Assembly: GCA_009103225.1 (NCBI GenBank)
Contig: RHPI01000772.1
Location: 490,499 to 554,498, forward strand
Reading direction: 5' to 3'
Length of the DNA stretch: 64,000 bases
From: Chlorokybus atmophyticus
Taxonomy: Eukaryota; Plantae; Mesostigma and Chlorokybus algae
Shown here: in pieces, positions 1-13,564 of the stretch
Layout of the letters: each line of letters begins with the position of its first letter
Numbering within the stretch: the first letter of the stretch is position 1
Made by a program: the position numbers and the translations under genes
The notes under the pieces: model-generated
What the model saw: only the letters and a program-made list of their open reading frames with translations
The model's database searches: none
Told to the model about the DNA's origin: nothing

Positions 1-261
1 GTACTTCTGTAAGTACTTGAAGTCTATGTGCGACAGCAAGGACAAAAGCGCGTTCTTGCAAGTCGCGACAACCTGCAGACCAGCATAGCTAGTTTGAACA
101 AAGTGCCTGAAGCTCAGGTTACACAGATGAGTCTTACGGAAGATTACGCCACGAGTCACCTCCGCCTCCACCAAGTCAACACGCACTGAGTCACCTCCCA
201 TTGATGGCCGGCTTTTAAATCATCCGCCACCGACGCCCTCTTTGCAGCAAGAGCTATCACA

Positions 262-470
262 CAAGATTTTGAGAAGTGCAGCAGCACCGATGACCACGCG
301 CTAATAGTGTTGTGCAACGGGTGTGACAACGGCATGCACTGCTATTGCCGGGACCCTCCTCTTTGCATGGTCCCAGTGAAGGTTGCTAGTGTGACAACTG
401 TCGCACCCATGGATCATCCTGAGGCGAGAGTGAGTCACTCTCGCTCCAATAGGCCCTCTCAAGAGCGCGG
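262..470 (+). pseudogene. PHD-finger remnant, probably the 3' end of a Ty3/gypsy integrase-PHD polyprotein
   Basis: Translates as EKCSSTDDHALIVLCNGCDNGMHCYCRDPPLCMVP, closely matching the PHD of E2 (CERCGSAGDNALVMLCNGCNKGLHCYCLEPPLDAIP). First Cys and C-terminal WxCxxC are lost. Confidence 0.7.
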
Positions 471-1260
471 GTGCTACAAAATGAGGGGTTTCCACTGGGT
501 CACATCAGCAAAAGGCGCTGATGGTTGAGGAATTAATATGAATTTATGCTACAATCATAACTGCGGGTTAGGTTATGGGCACGGAGGAGGTCAATTCTTT
601 GTTGGGGTGGCGTGATCGTTGCTATGGGAAATAGCATAACCCACACCGCGAGTGGGGAGTTTGCAAGCATGGAGTGGGGAAGCAGCTTCTGGAGGTGCCC
701 TCACTTTTATTGATATCTTAGTTGTCGAGGTGAACGTCCATTACAAATCATCAAGGTTCTAAGGCGTGGAACATGTGCTCTGCGTCTTACAGGGTGCCGC
801 GAGTTTAAAGGGTGTTAAGCTGCGCTAGATTCTTGAAAGGTTTACGCCTATGTCGGACTGACTAGTTTTACGAGAATGCGCTTGGTATTGCAACATCAAG
901 CTTCTTCTTGGCTCTGAGCTATCATCGGTGTGGGTGTCTGATGTGTCAAAGAGGTTGTCCTCGCCTTTAAATTATTATTAAAAGTTATTCTCAAGGCTGC
1001 ATATGGTAACATAGAGGGGCCCCTAGTCACATCCATACTCAGCCTGACATTATGCAAATACCAGCACCTGCAGCAAATCCAATACATTTACCCTAATGCT
1101 ATGGCTAAGGGGGCTGGAACTATGTGCAAAGCAGGCAGGTTCAAACTGTGGGCGACATCATCATGCTGCCAAGTTCCCATAAGGGGCCACTGGCTAATTC
1201 CCCTCAGTTAAGAGGGAACTTCATGGCATGCATGTTCTAAAGTACTAGCTGACTGTACAT

Positions 1261-4202
1261 CACCGGTAGAAATGGGTTTCGGTAAGTCAGACTGGATCCG
1301 CAACTTTGTAATGCACGGAGCCGGACATTATTTGCGGGTTTTGCAAATTTCACGGCGGATCCGTAAACACGTTGTAGCTGTAGCCAGATTTTTGTCAAGA
1401 CCTGACACAAACGGCAATCCGCCGGTGACGATCGTACGTACCAGATCCCCAACAATGTTGAGGATTGGCATTACTTTATTAAGGGTTCAGGTTGTGAAAA
1501 AGACTTGTGTAAATTGTAATTGGGATTGTGACTAGTTTATTAACAATGCGTTCACTCCCTAACGCAATTGAGAACTCGACGATAATATGTAAATGCATTT
1601 AACTTACATGCTGAAGTTGTAGACGACATCATTAAAATTGTGACCGGTTCCATCAGCGAGAGTTCATGCTTAACAAGGTTAAAACGCTAAGTTCGTTACT
1701 TTTCCATTGTTACAAACCGTAATGTGTTTTGTCGACCTCACCCCGTGGCCTATTCATGGCTTGCCCTGCGGCCTGCACCAGCAGGTGACGCATGGAGCTT
1801 AATGCAAACAGCTGCCGGTCATTTTGCGCTATAATTGTTCAAAATGGCAAGTAGATCGAAGTCTTCATCCCTAAGTGGTAAATTCCACCTTCACCTTTTT
1901 TCCTACAACAAGCCACTGGTACCGGTAGTTGTGCCTGTATGTATATGTGTGTATATATATATATACATGTCTATACTATGTATTTATGTATACAACTAGC
2001 GGTGCGGCTGATTGGGCGGGACTGGGGCGGCCGGGAGGCCGGCATTAGGGCACAAAGACACATCACACGCGCACCACAAGAGCCATCACATACGGCACCC
2101 GCGACTACTTGCCTGCCGCCCATACCGCGCAGCCCGCCTGCCTCTGATTGGTTAGGCGGCAATTATCAGCTTTCGTCCATTCGCTTTATGGAACAGATTT
2201 TACCCTTTAATAGCACATCCCCCTGTCATGCAATTGCTCAAAGTATATGCGAATGAACAATAGATTCATTCACATTGAGCACATCATGCACGATGTTAAT
2301 AACTGTACTGTACAACGCACACATATGCGTCATGTGGGCGTTGTATTGTACAAGTAATGTTTCAATGTGATCAGGTACAACTGTGTACTTGTACTGTATA
2401 GTCTACCCCCTTTAAGAGCATACTGTTTATCCTTTAAGATCGTATGCTCTTGGCTGGGTTATGCTCTTGGCGTCTAAGCATAATATGCTCTTGAACAGCC
2501 AGAGCATATATATGCTATAAACGCGGATTCATTACGCCCATCTCGCCCATTACGTCACGCGCATCACGTCGATGTTGCCATCACATTCATTACGCTAGTT
2601 ACGCGTCGCACTTTACCCATCACGCCTTGCCCATCATGCTCATCACGCCTTATGCCACACCCGTCATATGCTACTCCCTCGATGTTTAAAATATGCACAA
2701 TTGAACTTGCAAGACTTTTATGGAAAAAAATATGTTCTTTACGGTTAGTCATATTTTCTTAAGCACTAACGTTTGCCTATAAACTCTTTGGTAATCTCAA
2801 ATTGTGCCCCCCGGGCCATCACACAACCAGGTGCCCGCGATTGGAAGATTATCGGGGCCGAACAACGCCCCGGCCCCGCCTGTCTGATTGGCTATCAGCC
2901 TTTGACTGTTCGATCTGTTCAACACTTGACCGTCCTAAACGCATCCACGTCATGCAACTGCTCATATATACGCCAAATAAATATGAGTAAAAAATGAGCA
3001 CAACAAGGTGCACATGTGGCGGCACATTATTTCATATGGTATGGGCATGTAACACACTTACTAAGGTAGTAAATTAAACAATAACATTTTGACCAGGTTA
3101 CGTGCAGCGGTTCACAGTGCATAACGCAAAGGCTACGAATAGCAAAATAATGCTAACTTTAAACGCCTTATCGTTATATTTTAACTAAACGGCATATAGC
3201 GCCGTTGGACCATCGTTTAATTGTATAAACTATATAGCACATGGTGTGTAATTTTGTTAAGGGCTGTTGCCACAAAAAGGCAAAAAAATGCCATTATTTG
3301 CAAATATACTCATAAATATTTCGAAGGCATCTCAACGGCAACGCCATTCCTAATGGCAAGTCCGAGTACGGGCTTTGGGCGCTAACTTCGTGACAGTTAG
3401 CGATAATACACGCGCGTTTTGGGTGGTACGAGGTCGGGGCGGCCCCCCTACCCCAAACTTCTGCCGCCATCATTAACCATCACTTTAATTGTTTCACACC
3501 CTACCACTTAACACCAACCATTAACCGCTAACATAAAAGGGGCAGGAAACATGGCTTGAGCCGAATTAATAGTATGCATGCCGGTAGTTGCAACTACACA
3601 TAAGAAACGTCGTACAGTACACGTGTATGTATACACGTACCGTGTATTTACATAATGCCGATGTATTCAGCTGTTGGTGCATGCATCGCGTAATACATTA
3701 TTGCAAACATCTGGCTTAAAGGCAGCCACTGCTGAAGGATAAACAGTATGATGTGCAACACGGCCCTGACCAACTCGTGTCGTCATAGTCCAATTGGTCA
3801 ATGCCTAAGTTATGTATAGTTGGCTTACCGTCTTGGCCGCTATACCCGCGCAGGTGCAACTTCCGGTGGTGTAGCAATCGCTTGTTGGTGATGCATACTT
3901 TGTTTTTGCCGCAAGCTGCGGCCATGTCACTAGGATCCATCTCCTTAATGCGCGATCTAACCAACCGGAAATTATCAAAGGATGTGACCATTGTTAAGTT
4001 CATGAAAAGACGGACCGAACTTAATGCACGCCATCTACTTTACCTTGATGGCTGCTGGATACCGAACCAAGTTGTAACTAAGGCAGGCAAAGAGGCAGAA
4101 AGTAGTACCTTGATTGCCATCAGATACGTAATTTAGTTATGGCTGTATCTCTGACCAAGTTGTGGTCAGAACCAAACTATTGAGGGGCCATTTCCACCGG
4201 TG
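1261..4202. mobile_element. Non-autonomous CACTA/EnSpm-like element, copy 1
   Basis: Starts CACCGGTAGAAATGG and ends CCATTTCCACCGGTG (terminal inverted repeat). Flanks CAT/CAA match at 2 of 3 bases. 1261-1930 is homologous to 30541-31340 and to the reverse complement of 16730-17519. No transposase recognised. Confidence 0.6.
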
Positions 4203-5358
4203 CAAGTGGAGATGTGCTTGTAGAGAACTCCTCTTGAAGTTGCCATGATGGTGGATCTACCTGCAGGCTATGGCAGGGCTTTGGTTGAACTCATCATGTT
4301 TGCAGTCCTGTAAGATGTGAACCATGGCCAAGCAAAGTGTGTGAAGAAATGACACCATGACGCCACATGCATGCGCAGACAATTGAGAGTCTATCATCCA
4401 CCCCTGGCGCTCTCAGCACTACTATGGCACTATTACAATGTGCTGCCACACAAGCATTGCATATTGACAAACGAGTGGTGTACATGTGGTCATGCCCAAT
4501 GCGGACTTTGATGTCACAACACTCCATCAGGCGTATGTATGCCTAGTGTTGATAGAAAGAGATCACAAGTACACAACACAGTGTCGCTTGTGTGGGTTTG
4601 TGTTTGCTGTCCCGTCTTCGTGCTAATGCTTGCTTGCTATGCAGTTTGCAGTGGGGCTGCTTGCAGCCATGATTGCGGTCTCACACCTGCTGCTGCTTCG
4701 GTGGTGCTCTTTGCCCTTGCCGTCGCGAGTGCACCTGGCCTAGCCTGCCTCAGGTATGCCCCTCCCCCCCCCCTCCCCCCCATCACGCACACACGGACAC
4801 ACGCGCGCTCTTTTGCATGCATGATAGCATGTACTTTGTGAGGATTTGTTTCTGGAGGCATAATGCTTGTAGGGCAAGGAGGTGACTAGCATGCAACACA
4901 CCGTGTATGCCTTGGTTGCGTACACGGTTGCCTGCAGGCTAAGGCCAGCCTTTAGCGGTTGACATGATGGAACCTGGTTGTCCACTCATCCCCTGCAAAC
5001 ATTTGCATTTGTCAGACCACGCAGATAAATGTGCACGAGGGAGCATGCGCTCACCATCAGCTAATAGAACAGGGCGATGCTGCCGCCCGGGGGGGGAGTC
5101 ACAATGTGCACGGGACGGTTGCCACGAGTGGCAACCCCTGTCGCAGCACACGGCTTGCGCTTGTCTTCATCGCTGCTGCCAGAAACTGCAAGACAAGCGT
5201 CAAGCTCCGCCTTGCCCACCAGCTATGACAATTCCACATACGCCGTTGCATCGCTGCTGTCGAAGTTCAACACGTTCATCGCGCTGAAGAAAAGGTAGTT
5301 TGCGTTGACAATTGTAAATGTAAGAGGGGAGGGTGAGAGCGCATGGTGGAACGCAGAG

Positions 5359-5585
5359 NNNNNNNNNNNNNNNNNNNNNNNNNNNNNNNNNNNNNNNNNN
5401 NNNNNNNNNNNNNNNNNNNNNNNNNNNNNNNNNNNNNNNNNNNNNNNNNNNNNNNNNNNNNNNNNNNNNNNNNNNNNNNNNNNNNNNNNNNNNNNNNNNN
5501 NNNNNNNNNNNNNNNNNNNNNNNNNNNNNNNNNNNNNNNNNNNNNNNNNNNNNNNNNNNNNNNNNNNNNNNNNNNNNNNNNNNNN
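5359..5585. other. Assembly gap (N run) next to a poly-G tract
   Basis: N run seen directly. Confidence 0.99.
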
Positions 5586-8500
5586 GGGGGGGGGGGGGGC
5601 ACAAGGCTTACTCGCTGGAGCTTAGTATGCTATGGCGTCCACTTGCAACCCAAGTGGGCGACTGCTGAGGATGGGCACGGGCCCTTCTCCAAATATGTTG
5701 AACACCGACAGCAGTGGCCCATCACGCACGTAATCAACACAAACAGCCTCTTGTGTACTGTCGTCATCAACCATGTGGTTAGCAGTGCTTATGGATCATA
5801 GTTTGCGTCGGTGCGCGTGCGCGTGCGTGTGTTCACATCTGCACCTTGGTCGAAGGACATAAACCTGACACAAAAATCCCAGCTGCTGGTTGGTAATTGA
5901 GCGCTGATCGGGAGAGATGGCTCCGTAGCTGACCGAGCAGGTTGGATGCGCGCCATATGGATCCTGCCAACCCCACGACACCCTGCGCGGCATCACTGCA
6001 AGCCCCATAATACACAAGCACATGTAAGAGTCTCATCGCATGGCTTGGGCTTAGAAGTTAAAATGATGCAAGGAATGCACGCGCGCGAACGTGCGCATGC
6101 GCGTGCTTGCGTGCGCATGTATGTGTGTGTGTGTGGTGGTGGTGGTGGTGGGTGGGTGGTGGGGTGGTGGTGGGGTGGTGGTGGTGGTGGTGGGGGAGGG
6201 GGCGAGCGTGTGCACATGTGAGTGTATTTATGAATGTGCGTGCGCGCGTGACTGTGTGCGCATTCGCGGGCGTGCATATGTGCGCGCGTGTAAGCCTAAG
6301 CGTGAGCTTGAGGGTGTGTGCGCGTGCGGGTGTGCATGTGCGCAAGCACGCGGTCATCACGGTCGGAGATGAGAGTGGGGACTTCTTCTTAGCAGCCCCA
6401 CCCCCCGTGCCCCTCCGTGGGTGCCCACATTTCCTCTCTCCCAATGCCCGCTTCCCTCCCTGCTGCATTCTAAGGACCTGCTACACAAAAGCAATACTAC
6501 CAGCAGTTGCTCACAAGCATGGTGAATCACACACTTTTTGCATCTGTGCTGTCACACACGCACCTGAGGAATCGACAACAGTGCTGTACAACGCATCCCA
6601 TGTGTATGCATATGGGGGTCTGTAGCCTTCATACTGGTAATCTTCATACACAACCAGGACCACCGCCTCGGGCCAGGTGGCAGTCTGTACGGCAAAATGC
6701 GTGACATACGAGAATCCATCTCCAGCTGGATATTGAGCCGCAAAGTACACGTACTCCTTTCCGCTATCTGCATCACCACAAGAGAGCCATGAGATGTCTG
6801 TACAATGCATTGCGCTCCCTCGCACTCTCCCGAGCAAGCTGTCTCACCATCCACATCAACAGCAAACGTATTGTAGTAAGTGTAGTCAACATTGATAAGA
6901 ACGGGTTGGGCAAAGCGCGAGCTGCGCTGGTAGCGGTCAGGATGCCATGCCGCAGGCTTGCGAAACACCCCCGCGGCGTAATTGGAGCAGTTGCGCCCCC
7001 AAAAGTAAATGTTCTCTGCATGCATTGCATACGCTCAAGGTTCAAGCAGGCATCCTGGCATTGTTTCATATGCGCACCTCTGTGTCTCTCACACACGTAC
7101 CTCCTACGACTTGAAGGTTGCCAGCGTAACCGTAATAGCTACTACCGATAGCTTCCACGCTGTGGGGAGAGTAAGGGTAGGTGCAGGCTTCAAGCACCGT
7201 CACACTACGGCCAGTTGCATCGTTCCAAAAGGCAATCTCCAACCTCCTTCCAAACTCGTCATCATACGCTTGCTTGCCGGCGGGGACGGGCTTGGTGTAG
7301 AATAGCCGCCGCAGCGAGGGTGCAGCGGAGGGAAATGGGCACGTTGGCGATACAGGTGTTTGCGCCGGTGCAAGGCAAAAGTTGCCAAGGGCATAAGTGG
7401 AGGCATCCTGTGGATCGTCCACAGAGGCGAGGCTTGGGGAAGAGTCATAAGGGCCCTGTGGATAGCTTCCTTGCCGGCTTGTGCAGGTAACGTTGTTGCT
7501 GATAGGATACGCTATGGCCGCAGCACTGCATGGCGCTGATGCAGGGACATACACGTCGCAGTGCACTGAGAAGGTCACACTGTGGTAGTCGTTATAATAA
7601 GGCGCCACGGGGGTGTTTTTCGCGCGTTCGACTTGAGCATATTGGTCTGTCATATAGACATTGGGGAAGCTGAATGTGCCATCTGCATTCGTAGTTGTCG
7701 ACTGGCTGGAGTGCAACAACACCGGAGGGTACGCATAGTAATATTCATCCTCGTAATAAACATGGACATACGTTGTGCAATTCAAATGAAAAAGTGTGGA
7801 CATATGGGGAGCCTTGACTCAGTAGGTCCTGGCTCTCACCCACTGCTGAGGGGATTTGCCTGCCCTTAGCACCGAAGCGTACCTCGCCGCGCGAGACGGG
7901 GACTTGGATGCCGCTGTTGCACTTGTCGCAGAACAGTCGTCCAGAAATCACAGCCGTGGCAGCTGCACAACGCATGGGTGAAGTTGTTGTCAGCACCAGA
8001 AAGCGTGCCTAACAACTGGTGCGATACAAGGAGAAAGCCAACACACTGTCATGCAAGAAGAGGAAGCCTCCTCCTCCTTTTTCTCTGAAGACAAGGGAAA
8101 GGAGGGGGGCTCCGAATGTTCATGCTCATGTTTATGTCCATGTTTCATGCATGTCGCCTCTCTTTGTCATGTTGACAGCTGCAACTGGATGAATGCATTG
8201 GGACAGAAGTACTACAACCTTGCCACAATGCTGCCAGAGTGTTGGCCAGACACGCCATCCAGCTTCATCCATTTCTTAAACTGCACTTGTGCATTCACTT
8301 TGCCACCAAACCGGACTGACCAAGACCAGAAGTACGAGGCACGCGCAATGCCTCGCAGTTCTTCTCACCAGCAGTGAGGGGCTGGACGAGCAAAACCAGC
8401 AGCGCCGCCGCCACGCGCATCAGTGCCATGATTGCCTGCGCACTCCCTGTTGTCGTGTCAGAGCCGCAAGGTCCTCCACACACGCTTCTTGCTGAAAGAA

Positions 8501-8614
8501 GTGAGGGGCGAAATGAGTGCGAGCGTGCACACACACGGGCAACTGCAGAGAGCTCACAATCACCACCAAGCACGCAGAGCGGGGGTCAATACGCGCGGAG
8601 CTAGGCACCAGCAG

Positions 8615-8656
<42 letters not shown>

Positions 8657-9000
8657 GCACGGCACTCGCTCTGTAACTACCGACGCACCCGCGCTCTGCT
8701 AGCGGCCCGCAGGCTTCGGGCGTTGCAAGTAGGCAGGCACCGTCGCATCAGCGCCCCTCCAACTCAGCATGCATAGCCGCCGCCGCACGAGCCACAGACC
8801 ACCACCTCCGCACCCTGCGCCCCAAACTCCCTCCAAATCCCCAACTCACCCACCGACCACCACACGACCCGACACTGAGAGAAAGAAAACAATGATGGCG
8901 GCCACGACATGCCCCACGGCACTGCGTACTGTCCAAGGTACATGTTCCAAGGTACGTGTTGTACAACCTACCCCTGCTGTGTTGCATGATATACGCTGGA
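5586..9000. repeat. Left arm of an inverted segmental duplication (partner about 59200-64000)
   Basis: Reverse complement of 60380-64000 aligns by eye across exons, introns and upstream DNA. Homology resumes near 59200-59420 after an AT-rich insertion in the right arm. Confidence 0.9.
5611..8429 (-). pseudogene. Secreted protein with Pollen Ole e 1-like N-terminal domain, copy A; probably truncated or pseudogenised
   Basis: ATG 8429 (MALMRVAAALLVLLVQPLTA, signal-peptide-like). GT-AG exons about 8429-8369, 7962-7883, ~7800-7101, 7015-6848, 6767-6564, 5995-5845, ~5788-5611, collinear with copy B. Relative to B it has a 2-nt and a 13-nt deletion, a TAC>TAA change near 5622, and lacks the normal exon-3 acceptor. 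Confidence 0.7.
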
Positions 9001-10318
9001 ATACGTCGCCATAGCAAAAGTCTCTCAGGGGGATCGTTGTCCGCCCTATATACGCATCGCACACGCATGCCCAGTGGGGGGATTCCCCCACACGACGGAA
9101 GGGCCATCAGTTGGCCATCACACATCAGCTGGGGTAAAGCCGTCGTTTCCTTGGGTTGTCCGGGTCGCTGTCCGGCAAAGCCGGTCTACGCCGACGTGGG
9201 GGTTTTGGATGTCGAGAGTCTACGCTGACGCTGCTGTTGTTGACCGTGCAGATGTCTGCGCGGACCGATCTGTTCTGTCGATGCTGATCCGCGTGACCAC
9301 CCCGAACTACGAGCACTTTGGTCGGCGGTCGTAGCAGCGGTTGGCTGACCATCTCGCATTGAGGCAAACGGGTTGCATTTGCCGCCGTCAGTGTCGACAT
9401 AGGCAGGCTGCCTATGGCATGCCATAACCCTGTCTGGTGGTATACCAACCGTAGTCTACGCTTAGTTTACTACCTGACAGCGTACGATGTCCTGCACCCG
9501 CTCGGGCCTCTCCAATTCATTCACTCAGACGCCGTAGAGTGGAGTGCATTGCAACGGCTCAGATCGCGGTGCAGAGTGAATTTCGCGACTTCACTCTCTA
9601 TCACTTGAGTGATCATTTGTGATCACCATGTTGAACACACCGTTGGCTTCTGCCGGCTGCTGTAGCCAGAACTATGGCTACGGGGTGCTAACATTAGCGG
9701 CGCTGATAACTCAGAGCAGGCGGTTGCTTGTTTGAGTAATGTGGCCGTTGCAGCCGCTTGGTGCTGGCTCTGCAGGCGGCTATGGCGACGGCGGCGGCGG
9801 CATGGACGCCCCTCGACCTCCCCACCTGGAATCCCAATCTACGTTTGTGCAGCCTACTAATTCAATCCAATCTCCCTCGGTCAGGTCAGGTCCAACCTGG
9901 CATCAGCATCCTGGCCTCGACATAATTGCCGGTGTGGTTCTTTTTCTCAGTCTGCAGCGCATATTGCAAGCACGTTCGTTGTGTTGCACATTGCCGGTAC
10001 CTTCAACACAGCTGCACGCACTGACCATGCTCTACATGTACTTAAGCCAGCAGACATGCATCCAGACAAGTGCACATGTACACGCCACTCATTGAGCCGT
10101 AGACATCACTCGCGACAAAGTCACATCAAGTACTTGACCCTCGCGGCGAACCGTTACCCGGTTCTCAACAATGCGCGGAGACACAAACTTATGCACGCAA
10201 CCGCATGCAAACAGGTAGGCGTGCAAGCACACAAACACGGGCGCGCCCGCATGCAGTCAGCCCATGCACTCACATGCCCATGCCAAACATGCGCCCACAA
10301 AGCATGCACATCAACGCA

Positions 10319-10518
<200 letters not shown>

Positions 10519-13169
10519 NGTTGCTGTATAGCGTCATGCGCATGTGCGCACCGTCCTATGCCGTGGGGTGAGCTGGGCGACAAGGAGATGGGCTCCACCT
10601 CTCTTGGCACATGCACAGCCAATGAATACACTCACGTCTAGCACACATACATGCATGCACATAGACACCTGCTCACTTGCAGGCATCCCCCCCCTCTTCT
10701 CTGGCGTGAACTCTGAGCTCACATCACGCACGTACGCGCGCACACACACACACACTTAACTGAACTGTTTGCGTGCATGTGCGTGCCATTGCTGTTTGTG
10801 CTGCTGTACAAGGGCGACAAGCAGTTGGTCTCCACCTCCTCCAGCACTACACTAAGGTAGAGTGACACGCACACGCACACATGTGGCTTGTACATTGTCC
10901 TTCATTGTCATGCGCATATTCTACGCGGACACAGACACATGTGCAAGCATGAGCACGCGCTTTCACGCACAGTCACATGTGGCCATGCGGACAACTGTGT
11001 GCCTGCACACACGCAACCATGCGAGCACACACGCACCAGCATGCAACTGCACACATGAGTGCATGCGGGTGTCCATCGCAAATGATGATGCAGCACCCCC
11101 CTGCTGCTGCCTGTCTTTGCTAACAACGCCACTGGCAGCGTGTATGTGCATGTGTTTGTAATTCACGGGCTGAGCCTGTCAGTTTTACACACACAAGCAC
11201 ATTCACGCTGTAGTGGCCTGACCCCGCTGTCGTGCGCACACGCGCATACGCGTGGTGGTCACCTCCTCTGGCAGCACCGCTGGGGCGGGGGTGGCCTGCC
11301 TTGCCTACACATCCACTTCAAGCCTGATGGTGAGCACAAGGACATGTTTTTGTTAATGATGTTGTTGTTGTAAGCGTGCAGACATGAGTTGTACTGTGAT
11401 TGTTCATCTTGCGCTGCAGTCGAAGTCGAAGGCGAGCGGTAGCATTTGACGGCCGTTCACGGCACCACAACAGAGCAAGGTGGCATTGTGTTGACTGTAA
11501 TGATCTCAAAAGTTAGGTGTGTGTGCATGTGGGCACACGCATACGCACATGCGCGCGCGCACACACATTTGGAAAAAGGGCGCGCTGACTGACTCGCAAG
11601 CACGCATGCGCGCATGCACAACAAATCCCCAGACACATGCACGCAGGCGGGACCTTGAGGATGGGACCATTCTCAACAACGGTTGACAGGCTAGGTCCTC
11701 GCCAACCTCTCCTTGGGGAAGCCTACTACTCTACTCCATCTACTTTACTCTAATCTACTGTACTCCATCGCTGCAGGTTTTTAGCCTCCTCGCCGATAGT
11801 GGTAGTGTGTAATAGTGTGCGCACGCGCATACACACAAATGCACGCATGCATATACCAATTGTACACACCTGCCACTCGGCTACGCACACGCACACACAA
11901 CGTGTATATCAATGCGTGTCAGTCAATAGCAACGTAGCATGCGCGCTAATATTACATAAACTCCTTCTGCCACACAGCTATACGGTATATGCTGGGCTGG
12001 GTGTACGTTCAAGCCCAAAGTATCAATCAACAAGCTTTGGTTCCAAAGAGCTCACTTGACTTTGATGTTGATGGCAGTGTTACTGTAACATAGATTGCAT
12101 ATTGCAAATCGAACAGTTGTCGATTGAATGCTAATTGTAATTTGGGTCAACAAAAGCGTTTTCACACGTATTGTACACGTATTGTACAATGTGACAAGCA
12201 TGCGTATACTTAACTGACAGTTTGCATGGCTTTTATATTGCATGATGAGAAAAATTGCATGTTTATGCACAAGCTCTGTAGCAAAGTATTACATATATCG
12301 TGGATGCACTTTGCTCACAAGAATGTATAACGATCACCGCGGAAAACTGCATGAAAGTGGATGTGACCACTACAAGGAGCTTGCATTGTTAACGTATTTG
12401 CAAGCAACAATGCTGCAAATTTAAAACTTTTATAATTTGTTACAAGTTGATTGTGCTAATACACATACATTTATGACATGGTTGTAAGCAATGTATACAA
12501 AGTGTACAATGTATGCAAAGTACTACGATGGAGGTGTGCTAAACGTATAACAATCTTTTTTATTATGGAAATTACAATTGCTGTAAAATTGTGAAGTATA
12601 AGCCTGTACCATGCGTATGCCATCATCATTCGTATTTACATACGAACGCATGCATGTCATGCAAATGACTGTATATACCAAGAATGTTATCTTATTATAT
12701 GCACAGCTACAACTGATTATACATGAAATCAATAAAGACATGTATAAACAACGGCATTCAAATGGCAATGCTGCGATTGAGAACTTTGAAGCTCAGCATT
12801 TTTGCTGTGCAACTGCAAATGGTCCGCTGAAGTTGTTACGTGTGCACGCGTCATGCAAATAGTGACTTTGCGAAAGTCGCTAACCCTGTTCCGGTTACTG
12901 GCGGTCAGGCCATTGGGACGTTAGCAATTGATAACGGAGTATTGTGACGTTGCACCATTGAGCCTTCTAAGAATTGATGGATTCGTTGCTATTTTGCCCC
13001 GATGAACATGCGCACGAATTACTCCGTACAATCCCCGATGACCGAGTTTCGGGGGGCCCTTCGGGCCCTCAACCCACCATTTCACTCGTCAACCCCCTCG
13101 AGCGAGTGAATAAAAACCATCAGGGGTTAGGGTTAGCGGTGACTTTGCGGAAGTCGCCAACCCTAAACC

Positions 13170-13564
13170 CCTGACAAATCTGTACTTATATGCATACTCC
13201 TAAGTACGCAATTTTCACTTACAGTGTCATTACCGTATCGAGACTAAGTCTCAAGTCTTCATAGTTAAGTGATAATTGCTCAGTCATAAGCTAATGGCTA
13301 GTTTTGTTTATAAAGTGACCAAACGCGGGGTAAGTCAACTCAAAATGGATCAGCTAGTACAGGCTAATGCACTGGTACTAGGTGCCTACTAACACTAACT
13401 CACAACTGCTCAATGTCGCGTGGGACCCATGCCAATAGCCGGGGTCGATGCATGGTTGTAGGCATAGCTGAGTGGAATGCTCCCTACTGCTGGTAGCGCG
13501 GGAATGTAGACTGGCTGTAGGCATTCAGGAGAAGGTTGGCCTCTCCTGGACGGGTGGCGTGACA
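13170..13564 (-). repeat. Partial copy of a B-type terminal repeat from a relative of E2
   Basis: Ends ...GGCGTGACA (TGTCACGCC on minus; E2 starts TGTCATGCC). Shares blocks such as TTTTC(TC)ACTYACAGTGTCA and CATAAGCTAA with 18190-18300. Confidence 0.45.

Noticed and set aside
3716-4136. Overlapping ORFs inside CACTA-like copy 1 as a transposase
   Set aside because: No recognisable Tnp2/TnpA motif; short ORFs on both strands are expected by chance.
5220-5358. Terminal exon of copy A beyond the gap (SPSPLTFTIVNANYLFFSAMNVLNFDSSDATAYVELS*)
   Set aside because: Plausible, but the splice acceptor falls in the N gap and the equivalent part of copy B is outside the window.
5586-8900. Inverted duplicate as a pure assembly artefact
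   Set aside because: The arms differ by many substitutions, indels and microsatellite lengths, so they are not a collapsed or duplicated contig. Misjoined haplotypes cannot be fully excluded.
9125-9608. Possible transposase fragment (NPVWWYTNRS...YLTAYDVL resembling an hAT dimerisation domain)
   Set aside because: Similarity too weak and no supporting termini or other motifs.
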